Source: a virus
Lineage: Duplodnaviria > Caudoviricetes
Virus record (IMG/VR): IMGVR_UViG_3300042891_000430
Coordinates: 1 to 56,670 of that record
Length of the DNA stretch: 56,670 nt
Direction: 5' to 3' (one strand)
The notes below the pieces were generated by a model that ran no database searches, was not told where the DNA came from, and was given only the letters and a program-made list of their open reading frames with translations. Within the stretch, counting starts at the first letter, position 1; each line of letters opens with the position of its first letter. This document shows positions 35,981 through 45,128 of the stretch, one piece after another. The translations under genes and the position numbers were made by a program.

Positions 35981-36491
35981 CCGACACCTCGTCGAACAGT
36001 CTTAAGGCGAAGTCAAAGACCCGGTTCGCCTCTTCTCCAAGCTCGTCAGATAGTTTCTCACGAACCTTCTTCACCAGCTCTGCACGATCCTTAAAGTCGT
36101 ACATGGTGCATGAGCCGGGAGCGACCTTCTTGATGATCTGCCCGCCATAAAGGTCTGCGAAGTGCCGTCCGTATACATGAGCCCAGAGATAGTCCGGCTT
36201 CACCCAGTCGAGGTAGCGGATATACTCTCTGGTTGATGGGTATATGTCAGACACACGCTCTAGTTCGTAAAAATCGCGCCAGATGTGCTGTGACCTGTAC
36301 AGGTCTTCGATACCATCAAACATGCCATGCTGGTAAATCTTCTGCTCAAGCGCTTCGTAACAAGTCGCTTGGTTGGCAAGGAAGTCCGCATAGATTTTGT
36401 CCGGCATTTCGCCGGACAATAGAAGCACAACAAAGCGGTGGTGTTCCGCCTTGTCATGCTTCTCTTTGATAGCGTCCCGAAGGCTCATCAT
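35955..36491 (-). CDS. hemO: Heme oxygenase
   Basis: Proximal His in IKEKHDKAE, distal helix AHVYGRHFADLYGGQII, and EANRVF. Confidence 0.9.
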   Translation of the reverse strand: MMSLRDAIKEKHDKAEHHRFVVLLLSGEMPDKIYADFLANQATCYEALEQKIYQHGMFDGIEDLYRSQHIWRDFYELERVSDIYPSTREYIRYLDWVKPDYLWAHVYGRHFADLYGGQIIKKVAPGSCTMYDFKDRAELVKKVREKLSDELGEEANRVFDFALRLFDEVSDAHDIRAS

Positions 36492-36745
36492 GCAGCCGGG
36501 AGGGAAGGGGGTGCCGGAAGGCCGAGTTCTTCCGCTAGAGCAACCGCTGCGGCGTGCTCAATCTCTTGCACTTGGCGGTCGGTTTTACCGGCATATCGGT
36601 CCTTAACGCTGTCTGTTGCAGCGTCATAGTAGAACCTATGCTGCAACTGGTTAGAGTTAGGAGCTTCATAGGCCCCATCATCTGTCACAACCAGAACTGG
36701 GTTGTTAGCCAAATCGCCGAGGACATTGAATTTAAGTTTTGCCAT
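36488..36745 (-). CDS. Hypothetical protein coupled to hemO
   Basis: ATGA overlap with hemO. Confidence 0.7.
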   Translation of the reverse strand: MAKLKFNVLGDLANNPVLVVTDDGAYEAPNSNQLQHRFYYDAATDSVKDRYAGKTDRQVQEIEHAAAVALAEELGLPAPPSLPAA

Positions 36746-36755
36746 TTCTCAGACC

Positions 36756-38177
36756 TCAGTACGGAAGGTTAGATTGGAAGTCGAACTCAGAAACGTGAGT
36801 AAGACCCGGATAGTTAGTTGTATTTGGGCCCGGTGCTGACGGGAAATACACAGTAGTTGTGAATACATCTGGAGATCCACCAGCCGTCAGCGACGGTGAA
36901 GCATATCCAAAGATGTAAGCTGCCGTGTAGTTAGAAGCGTAGAAATTCCCGTTTTCAATAAACGCAAACTGGTTGTTGCGATATTTAACAGGATAAGAAC
37001 CAGAGGTAGTGTTGTTGCTAGTTGGCGAAGAGATCCACGAGCTATTGCGTTTGTCGATAACCCACCCACGCATACCACACTGGTAGTAGTAATAGACTGC
37101 CCAAGCGCAAACCATGCTACCATCACGTGTCTGCATTTGGCGCTGACCGTATGCCTCGCCCTGATCCACCCCATAAGATGTCGTCATGCTTTGCGAGCCA
37201 ACAAGTGTATTTGACAGAGAAGCATCGCCTGTGGCGCGAGTTATCTTCCACAAATAATAGTTATTGCTATTCTCGTTAAACGAGCTGACGAAGATAGAAC
37301 CATCATCGACGAGAACCCATTTTGAGTTAAAACGCCCTTCGTTGGTGTTTACCCAAGATGCAAGAGTTGTATTAAGCAGTACGTCAGGGTTGCCAAGCGT
37401 TGCCACGTTACCCACTACAGCGTCAAAATCAAAGTTCTTCCAGATACCGATATTGACACGACCGCTAGTCGTAGACGTAAAGCAAGCGACCATAAGTTCT
37501 TTACGAACGGCGTTATAGGACGCGGAGCCGTACATAGACGTAATCTGGCTACCGCCATCATACGTCGTAAAGATGCTTGCTAAATTCTTCTTAGGACGCG
37601 GGAACGGATCAGTAGCCGTGACAGCGTAAGGAACTGGTGTCTGCTCTGGACTAACAGTAAGCCACCCAGATGAAAACTGCATAGTCAGCTTCTTATTGGC
37701 GTGGTCGCTATTAACAAAAGCTCTATTAGCGCGGACTGGTGCGGTTGCAGTCTGTGTTAAGAAGCGGAGAGACGATGACATAATAATGCCACGCTCAGAA
37801 GCCCAAGCAGCAGCTTGACCGTATTCGCCCATACTCGCGGTACCGCAAAGTGGGAGCGAATACGATGATGTTGACATAGCTGTTTGTGTATTTGGTCCCA
37901 TGCTAGCGTTGTACATTTGCCCAGCATTTTGGACATATGTTGTATTCTGGTTCTCAAGATCGTTAGTAAACCCTGCAGCGTAATTCTGGCCGATTAAGTT
38001 CGCCGCTGCCCCGATACGCCGAAACTCACCGTCGTAGAATACTGCTCCGCAAAACGTTGACGACGTGTTGAACGACATCATTGCATACGATGCGCGCGGC
38101 ATAGCTTGCCCTGACATCGTATTGAAAGCGCCGATTGTGTTCTGGGTACCAGAAGTGACTTGCGAAAGGAAAGCCAT
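36756..38177 (-). CDS. Ser/Thr/Asn/Tyr-rich putative receptor-binding or structural protein
   Basis: 473 aa, RBS GGAG, directly after the long fibre gene. Confidence 0.55.
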   Translation of the reverse strand: MAFLSQVTSGTQNTIGAFNTMSGQAMPRASYAMMSFNTSSTFCGAVFYDGEFRRIGAAANLIGQNYAAGFTNDLENQNTTYVQNAGQMYNASMGPNTQTAMSTSSYSLPLCGTASMGEYGQAAAWASERGIIMSSSLRFLTQTATAPVRANRAFVNSDHANKKLTMQFSSGWLTVSPEQTPVPYAVTATDPFPRPKKNLASIFTTYDGGSQITSMYGSASYNAVRKELMVACFTSTTSGRVNIGIWKNFDFDAVVGNVATLGNPDVLLNTTLASWVNTNEGRFNSKWVLVDDGSIFVSSFNENSNNYYLWKITRATGDASLSNTLVGSQSMTTSYGVDQGEAYGQRQMQTRDGSMVCAWAVYYYYQCGMRGWVIDKRNSSWISSPTSNNTTSGSYPVKYRNNQFAFIENGNFYASNYTAAYIFGYASPSLTAGGSPDVFTTTVYFPSAPGPNTTNYPGLTHVSEFDFQSNLPY

Positions 38178-38192
38178 CGTTATTTCTCCGTG

Positions 38193-41105
38193 TTAGACCA
38201 GACGCCAGCCGTAGGTGGCCCCAGAATAAGTCAGTTCGATAGATGCGTTTTGGACATCGAGGAATAGGTCTTCACTAAGACCCATAATCTTCAGTCCATT
38301 TCGTGCGACACGCAGATTGAATTGTTGGAACGTGCCAGCTAGATCCGCGATCTTCACGCGCGCATTAAGCGAAGGCGATGCCGGGAGTGTTACCGTGAAC
38401 GGACCAGATGTCGTATTGCAGAAGAGGAAATCTCCAGAGACCGCCGTGTAGTTTGCGGTTTTGGTATTCCACGATCCGCCGACGCTAGCGAGACCCGTAT
38501 CAACATAAGTCTTAACCGCGTACTCAGTAGGCACCGCCGTGTTGGAGTTACCCGACAGTGTAGCGTCCGACGAGAACTCGTTGATGGTCTCGCCGAGCTG
38601 CGCACCAATCGAACCCAGTCGCAGCGAGGTCAGACCGGCGAGGTCGAACGCGCTGGCGTTAAGAGTTGCACGGCCCGTTGCTTGGTCGATGCGGAAGTAC
38701 TCGCCAACTCGGAAGTTACCATCTTGGTCGGTCGAGACGTAGAACACGCGACCGGGGAAAGCTTCATCCGTCTCATTACCCTGCGCTGCCGGTTGTGTCG
38801 GCTCTCCCGGATAATTGGTTGTCGAAACACCGCCCGTGCCAATCGACAAGAAGTCGTGACCGGTAAGGCGGATTTGCGAGTACTTCGAGCGAAGCGTAAC
38901 AACCGCACCGCTGGCAGAACCTGACGGCTTTTCTTGTGCCAGAACAACCGTGATGATGCTGCTGGCGTTGGTCCAAGTACCCGTGACGCTCTGCACCACA
39001 TAGGCAAACGTGTCGCCAGTAATCTGGATCGACTGACCGGGCTTCGGCAGTGCGGTGAGGTTATTCATCACCAGCACGAAGCCCTTCTGATTTTCCAGAG
39101 CGCCGTTCGAAACCGTCCCTGTGCCGCCACCTGTAAAGGTCAGCGCCTGACCGCTTGTGAACGTACCGGTCGCATCGCGGACGTACACCTTGTTAGCAGT
39201 CGTCTGGACATTGGTCACAGTCGCCGAACCGGTCGCCGAAGTGACCGTATCTCCGACGTTGATATTGCCACCACCGTACAAGAAGTTGAGCTGCTGGCCG
39301 AGCAACGCACCTGTTACTGGGGTTTCGCCAGCGTCAAAGCCACGCGACGTTGCACCCCAAGTGCCATAGCTATTGTTACCGTTGAGTGCGCGGATGAAGC
39401 CGCCACCCGACGCGGTATAGCCAAAGTAGCAGTAGTAGGTGAAACAGGAGACGATTTCAGCCTTACCGCCGTCCTTCACCCAGTAGCCGATACCGTTGTC
39501 GTTGATGACGGTGTAACCGTGGAAGATCATTGTCTTCGCACCGGTCGCATGGACCGTGCCGTCGATCAGAGCGCCAATCGCACCGGAACCGATAAACGCG
39601 CACTCCAGAACGTAGGGCGACTTATGGGTAATCGGCGAAGCCGGATTGAACCCAACGACCACACCTTTAATCGTCGAAGTTGTGACGTCGGCGGCTGTTG
39701 TGCCCGGAACCCAACCGGTCATACCAGTAAACGTCATCTTGTTCAGGATTGAGCCATTGCTCATCTGGAACATAGTCGACTGGTTGTTTGGAGTTACGCC
39801 ATCATCGCTCAAACCAGCCTTAGGCTGCACGATGACGGTACGTTGATTATCACCAACAATGGCGACGTTAGCCGGGACAACAATCGGAAGCTGCTCCGAA
39901 TAAGTACCAGTTTTGACAAAGATGGTTGAGCCAGTCGGAGCCTGTTGGCAAGCATACTTGATCGACGCAAACGGATAGGCTTGGTTCTTACCAGCCGTAG
40001 TCGCGTCTACACCGTGCGGAGCAACCCAGAAAACCTTGTCTGAAGCTGTTGCACCAATCCAATCAATCGTCGATCCGTCAGCAGAAACAGTAAGCGAGCG
40101 ACCATTATCACCAGAGACAATAGCCGGAAGAACGTCTGCGCCACCGAGAACAAACGCTGCCCACTTACTAGCTGTAAGGTCGGTATTAAAGTCAGCGGCA
40201 GAGGTGTGATCTATAGTCGCGATGTAAGCCGAACCGACAGCATCCTTCACAACATCATCGCGAAGGTATGATGTGGCAGTCGCCCATGCACCGCGCCAGC
40301 GGATGCCGCTGTTAAACTTCACCCACTTATTAGCAGCGAGGTCCGTCTCGAACGTAGTTGAAGCATTACGAACAACACAGATGTACGAGTTACCGCCGTG
40401 GTTAACCACGTCGTTAATGTAGTATTCTGTAGCTGTCGTCCACGCTCCGCGCGAACGGATGCCTTCATTGAACAACTGCCAATAAGCAGAGTTCAGAACG
40501 CCCGTGCTATTGATAGGGAGCTGATTAGTGTTGTTGGCCGTAGCTTTGTAAATGTTCGCGCCATAAGCTACGACATCGCCGGGGACGTAGGCAGTTGCAG
40601 AAGACCAGATACCGGCAGCGGAAATACCCTCGACAAACCGATCCCAGAAGGTCGTGTTGGTCGGCAGATTGCCCGAGGTGTCCTGCTTGGCGATGTACGC
40701 CGACGCGCCGTACTGAACAACGTCGTTCTTCTGGTACTGTGTAGCTCCGCTATAAGCACCTTCGTACTGAATACCATCCGCGAACTGCGACCAGTAAGTC
40801 GCGTTCGGCGGGGTGTTACCCGTCGTGTCCTTAATCGCGATGTAAACTTTACCGCCGTGAGCAACGCCGTCGCCGACTTTGTAAGCTGTGCCAGAGGCGT
40901 AGGCACCCTTGAACTTGATACCCTCAACCATCAGAGCCCAGTAATCAGTCTCTGTCGGCAGGTGTCCTGACGTCTTCAGCCCGTAGGTATAGACGTAGAC
41001 GTTACCGCCGTACTTAACGATGTCATTCGTTTCGTAAACGGTGCTCGAAGACCAGTCGCCGCTGAAGCTGAAGCGGAGCTTCCCAAGGTCAATCAAAGTT
41101 GTCAT
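38193..41105 (-). CDS. Tail fibre-like protein with carbohydrate-binding-type repeats and a beta-helix-like domain
   Basis: Six ~45-aa G.W...T.Y...DVV.YG..Y repeats, IFVKTGTYSE.LPI..P...I.GD, and C-terminal TVTLPASP...GW. Confidence 0.75.
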   Translation of the reverse strand: MTTLIDLGKLRFSFSGDWSSSTVYETNDIVKYGGNVYVYTYGLKTSGHLPTETDYWALMVEGIKFKGAYASGTAYKVGDGVAHGGKVYIAIKDTTGNTPPNATYWSQFADGIQYEGAYSGATQYQKNDVVQYGASAYIAKQDTSGNLPTNTTFWDRFVEGISAAGIWSSATAYVPGDVVAYGANIYKATANNTNQLPINSTGVLNSAYWQLFNEGIRSRGAWTTATEYYINDVVNHGGNSYICVVRNASTTFETDLAANKWVKFNSGIRWRGAWATATSYLRDDVVKDAVGSAYIATIDHTSAADFNTDLTASKWAAFVLGGADVLPAIVSGDNGRSLTVSADGSTIDWIGATASDKVFWVAPHGVDATTAGKNQAYPFASIKYACQQAPTGSTIFVKTGTYSEQLPIVVPANVAIVGDNQRTVIVQPKAGLSDDGVTPNNQSTMFQMSNGSILNKMTFTGMTGWVPGTTAADVTTSTIKGVVVGFNPASPITHKSPYVLECAFIGSGAIGALIDGTVHATGAKTMIFHGYTVINDNGIGYWVKDGGKAEIVSCFTYYCYFGYTASGGGFIRALNGNNSYGTWGATSRGFDAGETPVTGALLGQQLNFLYGGGNINVGDTVTSATGSATVTNVQTTANKVYVRDATGTFTSGQALTFTGGGTGTVSNGALENQKGFVLVMNNLTALPKPGQSIQITGDTFAYVVQSVTGTWTNASSIITVVLAQEKPSGSASGAVVTLRSKYSQIRLTGHDFLSIGTGGVSTTNYPGEPTQPAAQGNETDEAFPGRVFYVSTDQDGNFRVGEYFRIDQATGRATLNASAFDLAGLTSLRLGSIGAQLGETINEFSSDATLSGNSNTAVPTEYAVKTYVDTGLASVGGSWNTKTANYTAVSGDFLFCNTTSGPFTVTLPASPSLNARVKIADLAGTFQQFNLRVARNGLKIMGLSEDLFLDVQNASIELTYSGATYGWRLV

Positions 41106-41332
41106 AGGAACCTCGCCTGAAGATGTCCGTTAGATGCCCACTGGAACTGCACAGTATCGCGCGTCCAAAACCACTGCTTATAGTCGTACTTGTCAACTAC
41201 CCCATCTTGGGGAAGTACAACAGGTGACCCATCGTTAATAATCTCCATGACGAGACCACCGTCATCCGGGTTAAACCGAAAGCCGTAAAAGGTCTTATCA
41301 GCGAGATCGCTACCTTCGTAAAAGCCCGCCAT
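41102..41332 (-). CDS. Hypothetical structural protein
   Basis: Coupled ORF in the fibre module. Confidence 0.65.
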   Translation of the reverse strand: MAGFYEGSDLADKTFYGFRFNPDDGGLVMEIINDGSPVVLPQDGVVDKYDYKQWFWTRDTVQFQWASNGHLQARFL

Positions 41333-41658
41333 TACGAAACCCCTGCGAGGATAGACGCTATAACATCAAATGCGTCGGCAAGCACGCTCTGAGCTATGAT
41401 GGCATCGCCAGACGCCAGAACGAGCTTATTCCCACGCATAACCTCGACGTTTTCACCGTTACCGATCCGAAGATCTTTAACGATAAACGTATCGCCGCCT
41501 GCCTTCCGAAGGATCAAGCTCACCGGCAAAATGCCACCCGTCTTATTGGCAAGGTTGCACCCAATCAGGATCGCCTTCGACCCTGCGGGCACAGTGTAGA
41601 CCACAGCCTCGGCTGTGCCAACATTCCGTGCAACGGCATTGATGAAACTTGTGGCCAT
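41332..41658 (-). CDS. Small beta-rich structural protein
   Basis: VYTVPAG...N...KLVL.SGD pattern. Confidence 0.7.
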   Translation of the reverse strand: MATSFINAVARNVGTAEAVVYTVPAGSKAILIGCNLANKTGGILPVSLILRKAGGDTFIVKDLRIGNGENVEVMRGNKLVLASGDAIIAQSVLADAFDVIASILAGVS

Positions 41659-41661
41659 TCG

Positions 41662-41838
41662 TCACCCAAGCGCTATGGATAGGACAAGAGCAACATCATT
41701 AGCAATCGGCTCGATAGAAGCCTGCGTGTCCTGAATTTCTTGGTTCAGGTTGATGAAGTTCTGGTCCACTTCTGCGTTGGTTAGGGGGCTACCTTTGGCG
41801 GTAGGTCCAACCTCGCGGGTCGTGATCTCTGCTGCCAT
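41662..41838 (-). CDS. 58-aa fibre-associated protein (not in the ORF track)
   Basis: KGSPLTNAEVDQNFINLN...LSIALG, a phage fibre N-terminal type motif. Confidence 0.7.
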   Translation of the reverse strand: MAAEITTREVGPTAKGSPLTNAEVDQNFINLNQEIQDTQASIEPIANDVALVLSIALG

Positions 41839-41854
41839 CTGAGCCCCCTACCGA

Positions 41855-42304
41855 TTAGTTGACCGTGACCGTCCAAGTGACCGTCATGCTGTCACCCGCC
41901 TGCTTGTTAACCACCGGGAACACCGTGCGGCAAAGCATTGTACCACCGGTACCGGCATTAAAGATACCAGCTTCCGTGACCGCGCCAGTACCAACGCCAG
42001 CGGCGAAGGAGGCGATGTACGTGATCTGGTTAGCCGTCACTGTCGTGCTTGTCAGCGTAACGCGACTTGCCGAAATCTCGGTCTCAAGCGTCGTATCAGC
42101 AGCGGCTGCGGCGGTCGTCCCCGTGCCAAGGCTCATATGGCTCATGACGCTAGCCGTAGCGTCCTTCATACGGTTAACGATGAAGTTGAGACCGGTATTC
42201 ACGACAAGGTTCTTGAGGAGAACATCCTCCTTTACCTGACCGTCAGGACCAGAGAGCACAACGCGGAGCTCACCGGTAGCTTTGAGAGTGTCGATGTTCT
42301 GCAT
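41855..42304 (-). CDS. Tail fibre/baseplate-type protein
   Basis: NLVV.TG, GTG.TA...DT.L..E, EAGIFN and V.K...D.....W. Confidence 0.7.
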   Translation of the reverse strand: MQNIDTLKATGELRVVLSGPDGQVKEDVLLKNLVVNTGLNFIVNRMKDATASVMSHMSLGTGTTAAAAADTTLETEISASRVTLTSTTVTANQITYIASFAAGVGTGAVTEAGIFNAGTGGTMLCRTVFPVVNKQAGDSMTVTWTVTVN

Positions 42305-42313
42305 CTTCTGTCC

Positions 42314-43705
42314 TCAAGTAAAAGTTCGTTCTTGGCCGACATACCCCTGTGAGAAGTATGTACTATCACAATAATCAGTCCAAAACAGCCCACCTGTGTC
42401 GTTTGCTGTAAGAACTTCAGCCAATGGCTTCTGCAGCGATACTTGCCGCTGCTCAACTAAGACTAGGTTCTCGACTACTGCCTTATTGAAGATAGTAGTC
42501 TGATCGTCCTCTGTCGTAGTAGTTCCGTCAAAGTCGTCTGTAACCGAAACCCCATTATACAAGTTTTTGTATAACGTAGGCGCATAAGTATCTGTTATTG
42601 TTTGATTATCTAGCTGCGGGGGGACGCCACCTGCAGCGATGCGGACAACTTCAACAAGCTCGCTATTGGTAACTACGTCCAACGCTACAAAGTTGATGTC
42701 CCGTAGGATGCTGTCGGTAGTTGTTACAAAGTCATTGAGTGACTTTGTAAACGCATTAGTCAGGATCTCAGAACTGATTACAGCATCAGTAGACCCCTTG
42801 TAGAACTCTACCGTCCGATCTTCGAACGTATGTGCATTATCAGTCGTAGCAATTTCAGCCGACGTATAGAACAAGTCAGAAGTATGGACTGTGCTGGAAG
42901 TCGGCTTATCAAGGTCATGTACAGCCTGCTCAGTCGCCAAGAACGTATCGGAGCGCTGTACGCTCATATCGAACTGGTGGTTCTCTGAAGTCAGAACCGT
43001 ATCGAGTAGAGCCTTATTCAGGAACATGACCTGACCGTCGTCGGTCAAAGCCACAACCGAGATATCGTCTGTCGCGTCTGCTACGTCCAAGAACTCGCGT
43101 ACGTAGGCCACGGTACGAGAGTACAGATCCGAAGTTACTACCGTATCAACTGCGGCCTTGCCCACCAAGTTGGTAGTAAGGTCTGATTGTGTAATGGTGT
43201 CTTGACGAGACGTGTCCAAAGAATAGGACAGATCTTCGTTTGCTAGGACTATGTCCTGCCGAAGTTTGTTTATAGCAGTAGCAAAGTCGCCATCCGAGCT
43301 GGCAACAATCGTAAACAGCCCCTTGCCGATAGCCTTCGCGTTCGTATCCGAAACAATAAAGGCATCCTGCAAGGACTTACCAACGCCACGAATAGCTTGG
43401 TCGATTGCGTCGACTTCGTCCGCGCGTAGCTTCGCAATGGAAAAAATACGCTGGTCGAGAGTGGTAGCTACGTCATCCAGATTAATAAGGATGAAGAAGC
43501 GACCAGTATCGACGTTATCAGCCTGCAGAAGTGTGGCGCGAACAGCGACAGAAAGAGCGTTAGCGGATGCGCTTGCAACCAGTAAAGCGGCTGAGGCAAG
43601 GGCTTCTAGCTTAACTTCAGCTTCGACAGCCTCTACGCGCGCACGAGCTTTAAGCAGCGAGTACGCTGCTACAGCTTTGAGGCGCAGGCTGTCGATCTTC
43701 GTCAA
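42314..43705 (-). CDS. Repeat-rich acidic structural protein
   Basis: ~19-aa K...D....SD periodicity. Confidence 0.65.
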   Translation of the reverse strand: MTKIDSLRLKAVAAYSLLKARARVEAVEAEVKLEALASAALLVASASANALSVAVRATLLQADNVDTGRFFILINLDDVATTLDQRIFSIAKLRADEVDAIDQAIRGVGKSLQDAFIVSDTNAKAIGKGLFTIVASSDGDFATAINKLRQDIVLANEDLSYSLDTSRQDTITQSDLTTNLVGKAAVDTVVTSDLYSRTVAYVREFLDVADATDDISVVALTDDGQVMFLNKALLDTVLTSENHQFDMSVQRSDTFLATEQAVHDLDKPTSSTVHTSDLFYTSAEIATTDNAHTFEDRTVEFYKGSTDAVISSEILTNAFTKSLNDFVTTTDSILRDINFVALDVVTNSELVEVVRIAAGGVPPQLDNQTITDTYAPTLYKNLYNGVSVTDDFDGTTTTEDDQTTIFNKAVVENLVLVEQRQVSLQKPLAEVLTANDTGGLFWTDYCDSTYFSQGYVGQERTFT

Positions 43706-44097
43706 AACTGCTTCCTAACCTGAAAGATAAGGGGCGAATAGACGGTCTGAATACCAGCGTTTGGAGCCGGAAATGTGACTTCGATTTCGCCTTCGTACTG
43801 ACCGGCTGGGATATTGAGCTGGCCAGTAGAGAATTGAAATGCAACGCGACCGCCAGAACCCGGCTCATCGTACGCCTGACCCGGAAGGGCCTGAGTGACG
43901 TTACCGTCAGCGTCTTCATAACCAGCCTGCAGGTAGCCTGTCAGGTTAAAAAGAACTGTCGACGATCCAGACGCACGAAACTTCAGGAGCACAGATGAAC
44001 CTGCGATATCCACGATATCCCCGGTGTTCGCATCCGTAATCACGCACTTAATCTGCGGTCGTGTATCGCCTTGGACTAGCTTGATCTTACTGGCCAT
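43702..44097 (-). CDS. BppU-N-like structural protein
   Basis: IKLVQGDT.P...G.YEGEIEVTF...QTV...F.VR. Confidence 0.6.
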   Translation of the reverse strand: MASKIKLVQGDTRPQIKCVITDANTGDIVDIAGSSVLLKFRASGSSTVLFNLTGYLQAGYEDADGNVTQALPGQAYDEPGSGGRVAFQFSTGQLNIPAGQYEGEIEVTFPAPNAGIQTVYSPLIFQVRKQF

Positions 44098-44100
44098 GGA

Positions 44101-44706
44101 TCACCACTGCAATTTTCTACGAGACGCGAAAGTCTGAGGGAAGGACCAGCGCTGGCCACGGTATACGTTGCCATGGATAGTCTCTGCCGTAGCTCTACCA
44201 ATGGCCTGAGAAAAGCGCTTCATGTGGAACGACGCCAACTGCGGCTGAGAGTATGGCTTAGCAATTTGGCTCATCATCCGACCCAAGACCCCGTCAAGGA
44301 TCTCATTCGCATAGCGACCTAAGATCCACTCAGGAAACTCCGGGTACCCTTCGTTATCTGGCGGATCGGTAATTGTAAGAGATACCGTAGCAACGTACGT
44401 CTCTACCTTAGCCGGATCAGTATGAAGCTGGATCGTACCGGGCTCAGGCATCTTAGCCGATACAGGAGACCCATAAGACGTCCTGATCTCCATCAGACGT
44501 GTGATGGAGGCGTTAGCAATCGTAAAAACGTAGTACGTCTTTTCGCTCGGATTGACTTCGAACGGGACTTCTTCCTGCCAGCAATTCGTAGACTGCAGGA
44601 AGTCGTCAACGGTCGAAAAGAGCTCTAACTTCAAAGTGCCGTCCAAGGCACCGGGAAGTCGAACCCTGAGTTGATCCATCAGGCGGTTGAAGTCTGCGTT
44701 TGCCAT
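44101..44706 (-). CDS. Head-tail adaptor/tail tubular protein
   Basis: Position after the capsid gene; I..G.L.R.M....KPYS. Confidence 0.6.
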   Translation of the reverse strand: MANADFNRLMDQLRVRLPGALDGTLKLELFSTVDDFLQSTNCWQEEVPFEVNPSEKTYYVFTIANASITRLMEIRTSYGSPVSAKMPEPGTIQLHTDPAKVETYVATVSLTITDPPDNEGYPEFPEWILGRYANEILDGVLGRMMSQIAKPYSQPQLASFHMKRFSQAIGRATAETIHGNVYRGQRWSFPQTFASRRKLQW

Positions 44707-44713
44707 CTAGACC

Positions 44714-45067
44714 TCACGCCGAAATTGTCTGGAGCTGAGCGATGAACTTAGCCATGAAGCCAGAGGCTCTCTGATCCTGCGTAGCCTCGTCATCGCGAAG
44801 CTGGGCAAACCCGCACATAAAGTACAAGAACGCCAGCCGATACTGAGGATCAATGGAGACAGACGCAGTCAAGTTACTAGGAGAGTAACTAGGAAGCTGG
44901 CCTCTAAAATTGGCAAGAAAGAGATCTGGGCGCAGTCGACGCGCTTCTAGAAACGCGAAGTTAAAAGCTTCAACCAGATCAGCCGTAGGATAACGGTACG
45001 GCTCCACCTCGTCTAAGAGGAGGCGTCGGGCCGAGACGATGTAATCGTTTACGGTATCAAGCGCCAT
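44714..45067 (-). CDS. Head completion protein
   Basis: R.LL.D....RY...L....N......RPD motif after the capsid gene. Confidence 0.6.
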   Translation of the reverse strand: MALDTVNDYIVSARRLLLDEVEPYRYPTADLVEAFNFAFLEARRLRPDLFLANFRGQLPSYSPSNLTASVSIDPQYRLAFLYFMCGFAQLRDDEATQDQRASGFMAKFIAQLQTISA

Positions 45068-45078
45068 CAGAGCCCCAC

Positions 45079-45121
45079 AAGAAAGAAGAAACTCCCCCCG
45101 TCAACCGAGCCGGGGGGAGTT
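45079..45121 (-). terminator. Intrinsic terminator after the capsid gene
   Basis: AACTCCCCCCG/CGGGGGGAGTT stem followed by a U-rich run on the - strand. Confidence 0.75.
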
Positions 45122-45128
45122 CTCAGGC

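Noticed and set aside
35321-36491. Cyanophage assignment based on the bilin genes
   Set aside because: The reductase looks PcyX-like rather than PcyA or PebS, I see no psbA, hli or petF, and GANTC avoidance points to Alphaproteobacteria.
26587-41105. Diversity-generating retroelement acting on the fibres
   Set aside because: No reverse transcriptase gene, and I noticed no template/variable repeat pair.
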